Below are positions 45,502-55,784 of a DNA stretch of 64,000 bases, piece by piece (position 1 is the stretch's first letter; each line of letters starts with the position of its first letter). The position numbers and the translations under genes are program-made. The stretch is from a virus (Duplodnaviria; Heunggongvirae; Uroviricota; Caudoviricetes), in the IMG/VR virus record IMGVR_UViG_3300032116_000094, positions 1 to 64,000 of that record; one strand, given 5' to 3'. The notes below the pieces were generated by a model. That model had not been told where the DNA came from, made no database searches, and saw only the letters and a program-made list of their open reading frames with translations.

Positions 45502-45939
45502 TTAACTTAGGTATTTTAGTTTATACAAGGTAGAATATATTAATTCCAATATAGTATCTACCTGATTTTGAAGATAAGAATCTTTTATCTCTTTCCTGGA
45601 TATTTCGATGTTATCTGCTAGGCCTTTAAAATAAGAGATTACTTGTTCTGAACTACTGTAATTCTCAATACCTTCACAGTCAAAACTTCCAATTATGCCG
45701 TATTTCCCTTGATAAGATTCAACAAATCCATCAATTAAATCACCAATACCCTCATAATATGAGCCCAACGCCTTGTGCTCTGCATATGATTTTGTTTGTA
45801 AATGAAAAACATGAGATTGATTCCTGGATGTTAATATATCCGATACAAACATATCAACACCTTCAGTTTTTGTTATTTTAACAGTGTCTTGCTCGCCGAT
45901 CAATGAATTGATCAAGTCAGCCTTCGTAAATTTGCTCAT
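45502..45939 (-). CDS. Hypothetical protein (145 aa)
   Basis: ORF. Confidence 0.5.
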   Translation of the reverse strand: MSKFTKADLINSLIGEQDTVKITKTEGVDMFVSDILTSRNQSHVFHLQTKSYAEHKALGSYYEGIGDLIDGFVESYQGKYGIIGSFDCEGIENYSSSEQVISYFKGLADNIEISRKEIKDSYLQNQVDTILELIYSTLYKLKYLS

Positions 45940-45972
45940 AATAGTATTTTTTTATATAAATATCTGAAGAAA

Positions 45973-46662
45973 TTATTTATCCAACCCGTGAGCGGATAAT
46001 GTGTATTTAAAAGGATTTCCTGGTATATTTTTAATGCACTCAAGCATCTTATCAGCAACCATGTGGATCTCAAGCTGAGCTGTTTTATCGGCTCTAAGCA
46101 TATAAAAATGATAAAATGATCTCCAGTTAAAAGATGTATCCAATGTCAGCATAGAGTTCATTGTCCTAAAGAAACGAGAGCTTTCCTTTGCCCTTTTTCT
46201 TGTCAATACAGGTGTTAGTTCACTGGCGGATCTGTGATATAAAAAGTTCCCCAATTCAGTATAAACTCTAAGCATATCTGCCCAAGTTTCAACTGAAACT
46301 TTATTCATATCCAAATAAGGAATATCACTGATGTCATTTATTTTAACTCCCTCCCAATCTTCAGGAATGTAAAATTTGTCTGTGAGTTCTTTGTATCTTG
46401 CAGACTCACCATTTACCGAAACGCCAATCCTGTGCTTTAATGTGTGGATGTGTGAGGCCTGTTCCACCTCTATATTAAAGTGGAATAGTGATTTCTCAAA
46501 AGGTGTTTCATGTTTATGCTCTGCTAGATATTTCAATAGATCTGGCATCCTTTCAAGTTTCTCATCTGTGATTTCTCTGTCTGTGGATGTCCAAGCACTT
46601 TGAGCATGGGTTTTATCGCTACCATAGTAGCCAATAAGTTCTACTGTAATCTTTCTGTTCAT
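45973..46662 (-). CDS. thyX: Flavin-dependent thymidylate synthase ThyX-like
   Basis: ORF 229 aa. KHRIGVSVNGESARY resembles the ThyX RHR..S..RY signature. Size fits ThyX. Confidence 0.55.
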   Translation of the reverse strand: MNRKITVELIGYYGSDKTHAQSAWTSTDREITDEKLERMPDLLKYLAEHKHETPFEKSLFHFNIEVEQASHIHTLKHRIGVSVNGESARYKELTDKFYIPEDWEGVKINDISDIPYLDMNKVSVETWADMLRVYTELGNFLYHRSASELTPVLTRKRAKESSRFFRTMNSMLTLDTSFNWRSFYHFYMLRADKTAQLEIHMVADKMLECIKNIPGNPFKYTLSAHGLDK

Positions 46663-47018
46663 AGTAAATATTCAATTGAAAAAATGTTAATGTCATCTTC
46701 CGAAAACTCGTTGTTTGCGTATTTTACACACGAGTTGATGGGTTTGTCTAAAGATACATAAAAACTATGGTATGTTAAAGCACCTCTAAACACTATTAAT
46801 AAATTTTTAAGCTGATCTATCTCATAATCAACTAAATATGAATTTGGCATGTTCTGGAAATAATCGTTATTGACGAATATTTTTATAAACCATAATTTGG
46901 TTAGGTCTTCTAAGGCCCCATGCGTTTTATGTACTGAAAATAGTGTATGATACTGGTATACAAACCTTTGCACTAAATGAAATAGTACTAACTCCGAAAC
47001 TGATAATTTGACTTTCAT
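46659..47018 (-). CDS. Hypothetical protein (119 aa)
   Basis: ORF. ATGA overlap with thyX-like gene. Confidence 0.5.
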   Translation of the reverse strand: MKVKLSVSELVLFHLVQRFVYQYHTLFSVHKTHGALEDLTKLWFIKIFVNNDYFQNMPNSYLVDYEIDQLKNLLIVFRGALTYHSFYVSLDKPINSCVKYANNEFSEDDINIFSIEYLL

Positions 47019-47255
47019 ATAAAAAAATAGCTTTTACGCTTATTTAGTGCGTAAAAGCTATTAAGTAAATAGTTGCTAAAATCTACTTATTAAATAATTC
47101 CTCTTCTCCAAACAACGTAATTAAAACTTCTTGTGCAATATCCGCTAGTTCTTTTGCCGGATCAGCGTTTTTCGTTCTAATAACCTCGTCCAGAACTTCA
47201 CCATAACAACCTAATTTTTCTGATCTCCAAAGTAATTCTTCAAAAAGCCTGTCAT

Positions 47256-47543
47256 TCATTTTGTACCTATAATTAAATCGTCGAAATTTATATTGGGGTT
47301 TTTATTATTCTTAATATCTCCAGAATTAACAATTCTCGCAATGTTAATTATCTCAGAATGGCATACAGATATTTTATCTCTTAAATTTTCAGTCATTTGA
47401 TATTGTTCAGATTCAATAACTTGCCACAAATTTTCACAAATTACTGACATCTCATGTAACTTAGTTTTAAGATCTTCCCCATCCTGAGATGGCTCTCTAA
47501 CGAGAGTCGCTAATTGTTCCGTTGTTATTATAATTTTGGCCAT
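47256..47543 (-). CDS. Hypothetical protein (95 aa)
   Basis: ORF. Confidence 0.5.
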   Translation of the reverse strand: MAKIIITTEQLATLVREPSQDGEDLKTKLHEMSVICENLWQVIESEQYQMTENLRDKISVCHSEIINIARIVNSGDIKNNKNPNINFDDLIIGTK

Positions 47544-47558
47544 ATTAAATAAATATCA

Positions 47559-47825
47559 CTAATCAGATCTTTTAAGACCATAGTTACAAATAAAAAAATT
47601 AACATTGCTTTCAGCAATATATTTTGGCCATTTTTTTAATTTCTGCACATGTTTAATTGCCTCTTGTTTAAACGATTTTTCTTTTTCTTCGGTTATAGTC
47701 CAATCATGATACCATGCATCTTGCCTATTTACTACGTCATCGTAAGTAACATTGACTTCAGCATGTTTAAACATCATGTTAACAAGATCTTTTATGATAT
47801 TATCGTTATCCATTATTAATGTCAT
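47559..47825 (-). CDS. Hypothetical protein (~88 aa)
   Basis: ORF 47559..47882 trimmed to the internal ATG to avoid overlap with the phosphoesterase gene. Confidence 0.4.
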   Translation of the reverse strand: MTLIMDNDNIIKDLVNMMFKHAEVNVTYDDVVNRQDAWYHDWTITEEKEKSFKQEAIKHVQKLKKWPKYIAESNVNFFICNYGLKRSD

Positions 47826-48414
47826 TAAAGTTAAAAATGTATTGTTCAAGTTCATCGAGGCAGATAAATCTAACACCATCAATTATTTCATTCAAAGAAT
47901 GATGATGATGTCCGAAGATCCAAAAATCCGGTTTATGATCATCAAGCATAGCTTGTAGTGCTTGCCTGGTTGTAGATTTATCCGTATAACCAAATAGCAT
48001 ACTCATAATTCTTTGTGGGCAATCATGAGATACTACTATTTTAGGTTTAATTTTAAGATAGTTATCAACAACTTGTAGGCTTTCAGCGTAACTCATCTCT
48101 TCATTACTGAAGAAAGTTTTACCTTCAACCCTATGATGTTTGTCAATAGAATCAGCACCTCTAACTGTAAAAATTGAATATTCCTCAAAGTATTTGCTAT
48201 TGCCTGTTGACGGATATTCGTCTTTTACGGCCATAGGCATATAGTCGTGATTACCAGGATTAATCCAATGATTAGGTCCAATATTTTTGATATGCCAAGT
48301 CCATTCTTTTTTAAAACCAAAATCACCAACACATATGGACATGTGACAATCTTTGATTGCTTTTTTGTATTTTCTCAGCTCACCATGAGCATCTCCAATT
48401 ATCTTTATTTTCAT
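47806..48414 (-). CDS. Metallophosphoesterase (calcineurin-like phosphoesterase)
   Basis: ORF 202 aa. Motifs GDAHG, GDFG, GNHD, GHHHH in canonical order. Confidence 0.75.
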   Translation of the reverse strand: MKIKIIGDAHGELRKYKKAIKDCHMSICVGDFGFKKEWTWHIKNIGPNHWINPGNHDYMPMAVKDEYPSTGNSKYFEEYSIFTVRGADSIDKHHRVEGKTFFSNEEMSYAESLQVVDNYLKIKPKIVVSHDCPQRIMSMLFGYTDKSTTRQALQAMLDDHKPDFWIFGHHHHSLNEIIDGVRFICLDELEQYIFNFNDINNG

Positions 48415-48415
48415 A

Positions 48416-48709
48416 TCACACTTTTTGTTCTAGGCCTGAACGTAGGTTTTCAAGTATAATTTCACCATCAGTAAGTTTAGCTATGACTGAGGTGGAAACT
48501 ATACAATTTTTTAATACAACATTTGGAATGTTGATAAGAAAATCCTCCCCATTAAAAAATCTCAGGTGGTTTTCTCCATTTAGACACCCATCAATAGATT
48601 TAAGGAATAGTTTAAATTGCGTAGGATTTAAAAATGTCTCATCGCAAATCAGACCAAATTTTTCGTGAATTATTTTTACTCGGCAAATTTTTGTTGTGTC
48701 CATGTTCAT
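48416..48709 (-). CDS. Hypothetical protein (97 aa)
   Basis: ORF. TAtcTTTG at ~48722-48729. Confidence 0.5.
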   Translation of the reverse strand: MNMDTTKICRVKIIHEKFGLICDETFLNPTQFKLFLKSIDGCLNGENHLRFFNGEDFLINIPNVVLKNCIVSTSVIAKLTDGEIILENLRSGLEQKV

Positions 48710-48764
48710 TTTTTTTGATAGGACAAAGATACAAAATCTTTTCTGAATAAATAAAATATTCTAC

Positions 48765-49352
48765 CTAAATTTTTAACCCAGGAATAAATCTTGCTGTTAT
48801 ATGATCTTTAAAAGACGACCAGCTTTCAAATTTAACTCTAACACCTTTTTCTTGTACATATTTTTCAATACAATATCGGAAAAATTTATCTCTTTTATTT
48901 ATTGCTTCTTTATAGTCATTTTCAGTATATGGTGATAATGAATTTTTAAACATAAATTTTATGGCTTTTAAAAATTCTTTATCCCAAATAAATAAAGGCT
49001 TATAAATAATTGATTTAATACAAATAAAAGATTTTAAATTTTGATATGTTTTAATAACTGAATAACGACCCATAAGGTAATCTAAAAGCCAAATTATATT
49101 AGACGCTAATTTGAAAGGATGATTGTTTTTTGTTAATTTATATTTTCTACCAACACTTCTTAAGTCAACTAGTACGTCATATGTTAACTCTAAACGATTA
49201 GAATCATCTTCAACCTCAATAAATAATACATCTATTATATACTCAAACCCATCGACAGAAAAGGTTGAATAAACTCTATTATCATCAGCTAAATAAGTAC
49301 TATAATTTGACGGCTGAGAAAATGTCTCATATATCAATTGCCTCTTTCTCAT
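48765..49352 (-). CDS. Hypothetical protein (195 aa)
   Basis: ORF. Confidence 0.5.
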   Translation of the reverse strand: MRKRQLIYETFSQPSNYSTYLADDNRVYSTFSVDGFEYIIDVLFIEVEDDSNRLELTYDVLVDLRSVGRKYKLTKNNHPFKLASNIIWLLDYLMGRYSVIKTYQNLKSFICIKSIIYKPLFIWDKEFLKAIKFMFKNSLSPYTENDYKEAINKRDKFFRYCIEKYVQEKGVRVKFESWSSFKDHITARFIPGLKI

Positions 49353-49650
49353 ATTTATATAAATACTCTAAATTACGCAAATATTCTTCAATATTTGATA
49401 AAGTGCTTTCTAATCGATTACCCTTTAGAAAAGTAAATCCTAACCTTGATTTACAAATCAATATATTTGATCCATCTGAGAAGTTAATGAAATTAGAACC
49501 TCGATTTATAACATAAATCTTGCCTGATTTTCCGACATAAAAATCATCTACTTTGAATCCGGAGATTACCAATAATTGTGCTTTAGTTCTGAAATCCATT
49601 TTTTTAATTTTAAATGTTACAAAAGAAATGACCAGCAGAGTGCCGGTCAT
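49327..49650 (-). CDS. Hypothetical protein (107 aa)
   Basis: ORF. 26-nt overlap with previous. Confidence 0.45.
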   Translation of the reverse strand: MTGTLLVISFVTFKIKKMDFRTKAQLLVISGFKVDDFYVGKSGKIYVINRGSNFINFSDGSNILICKSRLGFTFLKGNRLESTLSNIEEYLRNLEYLYKYEKEAIDI

Positions 49651-49699
49651 TATAACTAAGCCACAAATTTATGGCAATTTTCTAAAATGAGGTAATAAA

Positions 49700-50540
49700 A
49701 AATAAAAAGCTGAGATTACACTTTTTAACAGTTGCCTTTATAAGGATTATTGGTTCCCTTAATATCCACTAACATCTTTTGGATGGTAGCAACCAATGCC
49801 GACTTTTATGTGAGTCACACATTCTTGACGCTACTCTCTCTCTTACTAATCTATTCTCTTCAATCCGGCAAGACTGACTAAGCTTTCGAGGGCCTAGAGA
49901 TATTTTGTAAGAATACATAACAACTTGCGGTCATTATATGCCACGAACTGCTCGTGACTATGTAGGCATTTCTTTTCGTAGCGTCCGGTAGACACTTTTG
50001 CTATAATTATTCAGTAGTTATTCATTCTAAACATAAATAATGAACTTTTTTAGTTAAGTTGTGGATAAAATCAAGTTGCGGTCTACCGTCAAAGCTATCT
50101 AACCTTTTGAGTTAAATAATACTTTACAACTCGATATGATGTCCCCATCATCATGCTTCAAGACATCTCTTCGATACAGACTGGTAATCTGTAAGGAGCG
50201 TAATACCAGCACCACCTGAAATACTACATTACCTTTCGGTTTTAAGACACCTATTACATTGGATACCGCAATAATTAGACTGGATATTCCTAATCTCTTG
50301 CAAGAACCCTATGAGTTAATCTTATTGGTCTTCCGACCTCAACCCCGCAATCCACATTTACGGGATTATTACTCCATTTCGCCTACACCGTCGGCCTCAA
50401 CTACTGAGGAATAATAATATCTCACTTGTGTGCTCAAGCTCGGTAACAAGCCGCAGTAGTATGTTTTTAGCATACTAACCACTTTATCCTGCTTTCGCAG
50501 TTTATTTAATGACCACACACGGCCAATATCTTCTATCAAA
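49700..50540. other. ORF-free, GC-elevated ~0.85-kb block (candidate structured ncRNA or decayed gene)
   Basis: No ORF >=60 aa in any frame across ~840 nt in an otherwise gene-dense region. Composition visibly GC-richer than surroundings. Directly abuts the 3' end of tRNA-Met. Confidence 0.3.
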
Positions 50541-50551
50541 GAACTAATTTG

Positions 50552-50623
50552 TGGCGGAGCCTGGACTCGAACCAGGACCTTTAGGTTATGAGCCTAATGA
50601 AGTAACCCTTTTTCCACTCCGCA
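50552..50623 (-). tRNA. tRNA-Met (anticodon CAT; initiator/elongator/Ile2 not distinguishable)
   Basis: Minus strand TGCGGAG-T-G-GAAAAAGGGTTACTTCA-TTAGG-CTCATAA-CCTAA-AGGT-CCTGGTTCGAGTCCAGG-CTCCGCC-A. Clean anticodon stem-loop with CAT. T-arm. Acceptor pairs 2-7. 1:72 mismatch. No CCA. Confidence 0.6.
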
Positions 50624-50899
50624 ATATAACGAACAATAAATATCAATATTTATCAGATTAGTCAAGTAGTTTTTAAGAAAAATTTACAACAACATGATAT
50701 TTATTCAAGATAAACCAAAACCAGGAAAATCTTTTACTTTGTAACATTTCTTCTATAACAGGTTGTAATTCACGATCACTACTAATAACAAGTTGTTTTT
50801 TTGGTATACAATTATCTAAATAATTTCCCAAAGTGTCAACATCTTCTCTATCATTTATTTTACTTATAAAACCCAGTAAAAATTGTAAATTTCATATGT

Positions 50900-51289
50900 T
50901 TATACGGGTGTTGTATTTTGAGGTGTGGTAATATAATTATAAGCAAACGTTAATAATTCTTCAAGCCTGTCATCAGGTAATTGATTATACATTGCCTGAT
51001 ATAACATAAAAGATTTAGTCCGTTCATTAACTTCAGTTCTTAGTAAATAATCTAATCTATCTCTAAAATTAAATTTAGAAACATTTTCAACATGTTCGTG
51101 CGGAACTGAGGCTATATCTAAATATTTATATTGTAAAATCTCTACAGGCCATTCGCCCGTTGGTAACGAATCTAAAATTGCTTTATAATTACGAATATTT
51201 AAATCGTATGAATTTACTTCGAGCTCTCTACTTACAGTATTTATTGCTAATGTTTTTAATTTTTGCTCTTCGCTAACAGAATTTATCAT
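50900..51289 (-). CDS. Hypothetical protein (129 aa)
   Basis: ORF. Confidence 0.5.
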   Translation of the reverse strand: MINSVSEEQKLKTLAINTVSRELEVNSYDLNIRNYKAILDSLPTGEWPVEILQYKYLDIASVPHEHVENVSKFNFRDRLDYLLRTEVNERTKSFMLYQAMYNQLPDDRLEELLTFAYNYITTPQNTTPV

Positions 51290-51314
51290 TTTTTTGTTTT
51301 TTTATTTTTTTTAT

Positions 51315-52511
51315 TTATGCAAATGAATTTGCAAGATCTAATGATGTTCTAGTTGGTTCTTGAGCAGGTAATGCCAATTTATATGCTATATTACCTGAAA
51401 CTCCATTTGCCCCCCAAACATAAACGTTAGCTTTTGGTGTTGTGTCTCCTGCTGTTATAATATACCTATCATTAATTCCAAACCATTTGATAATTCTAGG
51501 ATTGGTGCCTGGAAGAGTTGTTGTAAGAGTTATTTCTGTACCGAAACCATAATCAGCATTATTTGAACCAGTCCAATTATAAATTCTAAAAACTGGTGGT
51601 GAATTAAATGCTAACGCCACATACTTCTGATCTGAACTGAAAGCTGCTGATACAGATGTTATAAATGTGGTTGGATTTATATATCTTGTACCAACACCAT
51701 TACCTGTCCAAGGGAAAATACACACAGTTGCAACAGGAGTGTTTGTTGTTGTTGTGGAAGCTATTAACATATCACCTTTAGGTGAAAATTTAACATCTCT
51801 AAAATCACCACCTGAAGTATCTATCACTATTTTTGTACCATAAGCCAAAGGAGATCCTGAAACAGGGTATATATTTAATGCCCCATCGTTTGTTGCTGAT
51901 GTGGCCCCTATAGCTAAATAATTACTATCTGGATGCCAACCGCAACAAAGGCAAAATGTCGCACTTGTTGGGAATGACCCTGGATTTGAAAGTTTTGTAC
52001 CTAACGGAGGATTTGATGTAGAACCTGTTACATTATATGATGCAAAGCAATTACTATCAGCAATAGGAATTGTTAGAACATTACCATCCGGGCTAAACCT
52101 GAGTTTATTAACAGTACTTGTGATTACTGTTGTGATATCTGATGGATTAGTTAATAGTGTTCCAAGTGGGGACGTCCCTCCTGTTAATGAATACATATTT
52201 AGGCGTGGTGATGAAAGCCCGCCTAACGCCAAAATACTATTTGATGGATGAAAATCAATTCCTTGAGTATAATTAATATTGAACGAACCTGGCACAGCTA
52301 TTCTTGTACTAAAACCAAATGTTCCGGTTTGGCCCGTCATATTATATAAGTTAAACCCTTCCCCCACTGTAGTATCATTGTTCGCCCAACAAATATAGGC
52401 GGGAGGATTTTGAACATTCGCCCCACCCAAATATTCACTACGCTCTCTAGTAACAGAATTAACTGTTGTTATAGCTGTGAAAAAAACTCCACCGATTTTA
52501 CTTATTGTCAT
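51315..52511 (-). CDS. G/T/S/N-rich beta-propeller-like repeat protein (PD40/YVTN-like repeats)
   Basis: ORF 398 aa. Recurring FSPDGNVL, FHPSNSILA, WHPDSNYLA, FSPKGDMLIA, FSSDQKYVALA blocks. Structural or receptor-binding candidate. Confidence 0.5.
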   Translation of the reverse strand: MTISKIGGVFFTAITTVNSVTRERSEYLGGANVQNPPAYICWANNDTTVGEGFNLYNMTGQTGTFGFSTRIAVPGSFNINYTQGIDFHPSNSILALGGLSSPRLNMYSLTGGTSPLGTLLTNPSDITTVITSTVNKLRFSPDGNVLTIPIADSNCFASYNVTGSTSNPPLGTKLSNPGSFPTSATFCLCCGWHPDSNYLAIGATSATNDGALNIYPVSGSPLAYGTKIVIDTSGGDFRDVKFSPKGDMLIASTTTTNTPVATVCIFPWTGNGVGTRYINPTTFITSVSAAFSSDQKYVALAFNSPPVFRIYNWTGSNNADYGFGTEITLTTTLPGTNPRIIKWFGINDRYIITAGDTTPKANVYVWGANGVSGNIAYKLALPAQEPTRTSLDLANSFA

Positions 52512-52921
52512 TTTTTAATAGATAATGCTTTAAATATAAGATGTGTTAATTCATCACTAATTGGCGACGGTAATTTTTTTGGCGAAAAATATCCGCACTG
52601 AGTGTGCTCAAATCCATCCTTAGCTTTTTTTAAATCAGGTATAATTGGTTTGTCGTATTCAACCCAATAAATATATACCACACTATCTAAATATCCTCGT
52701 CTACTTATATTTTTTATTTTATCCAAAAAAAATATTTCTTTATCTAGATCAATATCTGTTTCTTCATAAAATTCGCGATATGCTGCCTGAATAGGCGTTT
52801 CATTATCCTCAATTTTACCAGAAGGAACTGACCATTCATTAGGACGTGAAGCATCTGGACTTCTTTTACATAAAAGAATTTTGCCTTTACTTTTTAAAAT
52901 TATTCCCGAATATTCATTCAT
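52508..52921 (-). CDS. NUDIX hydrolase
   Basis: ORF 137 aa. Nudix box SGKIEDNETPIQAAYREFYEETDI (Gx5Ex7REUxEExxU). Confidence 0.75.
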   Translation of the reverse strand: MNEYSGIILKSKGKILLCKRSPDASRPNEWSVPSGKIEDNETPIQAAYREFYEETDIDLDKEIFFLDKIKNISRRGYLDSVVYIYWVEYDKPIIPDLKKAKDGFEHTQCGYFSPKKLPSPISDELTHLIFKALSIKK

Positions 52922-52979
52922 AATTAAGTAATATAACTATTATATATATTATTTTTAAAAAGTAAAATATTTATTATTA

Positions 52980-53324
52980 ATGTTATTAAAAATAAATAAT
53001 AATAAATTTAATGTTAAATTAGCCATTAGCCCTGATGAAAGAAGTGAGGGTATGATGAATAAAAAGTTTAATGAAGAATATAATGGAATGCTTTTTGTTG
53101 AAGATGAAAGTGATGTCCATTGTTTCTGGATGAAAAATTGCATAATATCTCTAGATATTATTTTTATACAAAAAGGTACAATTACCAAAATACACGAGAA
53201 CTGCCCCCCCTGTGTTACAGATAGCTGTGAAACATATTGTGGTTACGGAAATTTAGTTCTAGAAGTTGCCGGTGGCACTTGCGCAAAACTAGGAATTAAG
53301 AAAGGTGATAAGATGACCTCATAA
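52980..53324 (+). CDS. DUF192-family protein
   Basis: ORF 114 aa. LAISPDERSEGMM..GMLFVEDESDVHCFWMKNCIISLDIIFI..CPPC..YVLE-like order matches the DUF192 (COG1430) pattern. Confidence 0.65.
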   Translation: MLLKINNNKFNVKLAISPDERSEGMMNKKFNEEYNGMLFVEDESDVHCFWMKNCIISLDIIFIQKGTITKIHENCPPCVTDSCETYCGYGNLVLEVAGGTCAKLGIKKGDKMTS

Positions 53325-53371
53325 CACCTAAATAATCAATTAAATTTTACTGGTGACAAATAATAACACGC

Positions 53372-53971
53372 ATGATAACTTCATGTAAAAAAAAACATTT
53401 GCCTATGAAACAACTAAAAAACATTTTAACGATTACTGTCGCATTATTTATCGGATTTACTATTGGTTACTATAAAAAAATATCTGAATTATTAACGAAT
53501 AAGCCCGTTCCAAAAGTTATCCAACATCAAAAAGATGATTCCCCAATTTCAATTAAGATGTATAATACCATCCGCGAGAAATCAAGAGAGTATCAGATAC
53601 CTACATACATTGCATTCAACATAGCGTACCTGGAAACCAGGTATAGAGGCCCGTTCGATTCAAAATATAACCCAGCATTAATTTCATCAGTAGGAGCTGT
53701 GGGTCCAATGCAATTAAGAGAATCAACAGCAGAATTTATTACTAAAAGAGATATAGATAACGAACAACTTAAAAACGACATATCTCTTAATGTAGAAATT
53801 AGCATGAAACTTTTAAAATATCTTTACGATAGATACGGATCATGGGAAATAGCGTGTAGCTACTATAACACAGGTAAGGCCAAAAAAAATAGTTTCGGAT
53901 CTTATTGTGTAGAAAATGTTGACTACACATATAAATGGGAAAATTATAATAAAACCATTTTCACGCCATAA
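53372..53971 (+). CDS. Lytic transglycosylase (SLT domain), N-terminal TM/signal
   Basis: ORF 199 aa. ..YLETRY..ISSVGAVGPMQL..SYYNTGK resembles the SLT catalytic E-S/T..GLMQ..AYN.G pattern. Start may be internal (MKQLKNILTI at ~53405). Confidence 0.6.
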   Translation: MITSCKKKHLPMKQLKNILTITVALFIGFTIGYYKKISELLTNKPVPKVIQHQKDDSPISIKMYNTIREKSREYQIPTYIAFNIAYLETRYRGPFDSKYNPALISSVGAVGPMQLRESTAEFITKRDIDNEQLKNDISLNVEISMKLLKYLYDRYGSWEIACSYYNTGKAKKNSFGSYCVENVDYTYKWENYNKTIFTP

Positions 53972-54549
53972 TATACACCATCTCTATATTCTATTAGATA
54001 ATATACATTTAACCCCCCCCTATTTCTTCCCCTTATATTAGCCAAATATTCGGCGTCTAATGGACTATCATGTATCGAGAGTACGACACCAAAGGGTGTT
54101 ATTAATATCGCCCTGTAAGCCAAGCTACGGCTAAAATTAACGATGCTATCCTGAACGACAATAGTATCGTTACCAGGGTGATCAGGAAACCTACAGCCCC
54201 TAACGATATATTTGTAATGGCTAAAATATACAAGCCCATTAAAGTCATAATCGGCTTTCTTTAGGTATACTGTTCCAATAGAATCAAAATTTAAAATGTA
54301 TGTCTCTGAGTAAGATAGAGAGTCATATGGGGGATCAAAAACATAATCCTCAGGTATTGTGCTGTAGTCGCAAGTCGTACTATCAATAACGTATACTACG
54401 CCATTCTGCCTTAAAGTACCACCTAAGTGCTGCTCGTTAGTTAGATGCAAAGTATCACCCCTACAAACAAAAATTGTCGTATCAACAGCTTGTGCTAATG
54501 ATACGACAAAGTTTGTTACAAATAGAATTATAGTTATAAATGTCTTCAT
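53944..54549 (-). CDS. Secreted hypothetical protein (201 aa)
   Basis: ORF. N-terminal signal peptide MKTFITIILFVTNFVVSLAQA. Confidence 0.55.
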   Translation of the reverse strand: MKTFITIILFVTNFVVSLAQAVDTTIFVCRGDTLHLTNEQHLGGTLRQNGVVYVIDSTTCDYSTIPEDYVFDPPYDSLSYSETYILNFDSIGTVYLKKADYDFNGLVYFSHYKYIVRGCRFPDHPGNDTIVVQDSIVNFSRSLAYRAILITPFGVVLSIHDSPLDAEYLANIRGRNRGGLNVYYLIEYRDGVYYGVKMVLL

Positions 54550-54752
54550 AATTATAACTATCGCAAAAAATCAATTAAGACGTTTTTGGCGGATAAACTT
54601 TAGGCCTACGTCTAGGTTTGTAAGACTTTTTTTTAACCGGCTTAGCCAAAAGCTCTGTCTCAGAAAAATCCTTCACATAGTTATTCGTAATAGGATTAGT
54701 TCGGTTAAATAGTTTTGAAAATGTTTTTTTAAAAAATTCTAGGATCATAATA

Positions 54753-54974
54753 TTATTTTGTTTCTTTTAATTTGTTAATCTTTCGAGAAAGATACCATAC
54801 AGCTTTCTCCAAATCTTCAATTTCTTTACTTGGATCTTTCTTGCCGGATCTAACTATGTATTTCAAAGCATTTCCATTGTGGAAGTCTAAATTGTAGTGT
54901 TCTATGATTTTAATTACTTCAAATGGATTGTCCGCACCCCCATAGTGCTCCGGGTGATCTACGTTTTTATTCAT
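54753..54974 (-). CDS. DUF3310-like phage-associated small protein
   Basis: ORF 73 aa. HPEHY..GNALKYIVRSGKK..DLEKAVWYL pattern typical of phage DUF3310 proteins. Confidence 0.5.
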   Translation of the reverse strand: MNKNVDHPEHYGGADNPFEVIKIIEHYNLDFHNGNALKYIVRSGKKDPSKEIEDLEKAVWYLSRKINKLKETK

Positions 54975-54978
54975 ATAT

Positions 54979-55740
54979 TTAAGTTAATTTTTTGATTTCA
55001 TTAATCTTAACCGACTGCATAATATATGACATAACTTTACGCTTAAAAAGCGGTGCCAATGTCTCTTCTATTGGGAAACTTTGGGGTATTTTAACAAAAA
55101 ATACCGGTGCTTTTCGTTTATTCTTTGTTATCAACTTTGTTGAGTTAGAAATATGATAGTCCAGATCATATGACTTAGAGTCCCCAGAAAATATCAAATT
55201 TAAGTCAGTATTGTTCTCCGCGATAGTAAATACATTTTTGGTTATTAGATACTCCCAAATATATACATTATTATCCGTTTCATCAACATAAACTATCACA
55301 CCAAAGTTATAATTTTTTATGTTATTTTTATTCCTCTTAGGAATTAATTCGATATTATCATAGATATACGACCAATAATGCCTAACTATCTCAAAATACT
55401 CATAAATTTTCATAGTAGAAAATTTAACTGAGTTAATAATTTCTATCTGCTCAACCTCGTTAAATTCTGGCAATTCTTTAAAACTCAAATCTTGTAATAT
55501 AACTTCATCATCGTATGATTTAAATTTTTTATCAGTATAAACCATCATATGTTCGTGCATGATAGCGTGTAGATTAGCTAAGTGCAACGATATTTCTATA
55601 AATGTTGGATACAATTTGTGCTCATTTATTAATGCATCAATTTTTTTTAGATACCCCAATAAAACATACTGCTTATGTTCAAAGTCTATCGGCTCCTGGA
55701 TAACCCAATCTGTATCCATAATAAATTTAATTTTACTCAT
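54979..55740 (-). CDS. Hypothetical protein (253 aa)
   Basis: ORF. Confidence 0.55.
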   Translation of the reverse strand: MSKIKFIMDTDWVIQEPIDFEHKQYVLLGYLKKIDALINEHKLYPTFIEISLHLANLHAIMHEHMMVYTDKKFKSYDDEVILQDLSFKELPEFNEVEQIEIINSVKFSTMKIYEYFEIVRHYWSYIYDNIELIPKRNKNNIKNYNFGVIVYVDETDNNVYIWEYLITKNVFTIAENNTDLNLIFSGDSKSYDLDYHISNSTKLITKNKRKAPVFFVKIPQSFPIEETLAPLFKRKVMSYIMQSVKINEIKKLT

Positions 55741-55784
55741 AAATCATATTCTAGTTCATAATGATAAATAATATTTTACTAATT

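Noticed and set aside
49700-50540. tmRNA or RNase P RNA in the ORF-free block
   Set aside because: No tRNA-like 3' domain (GGTTCGA..TCC plus acceptor) and no recognisable P4/GGAAAGTCCGGGCTCC-type motifs were seen by eye on either strand. Identity is left open.
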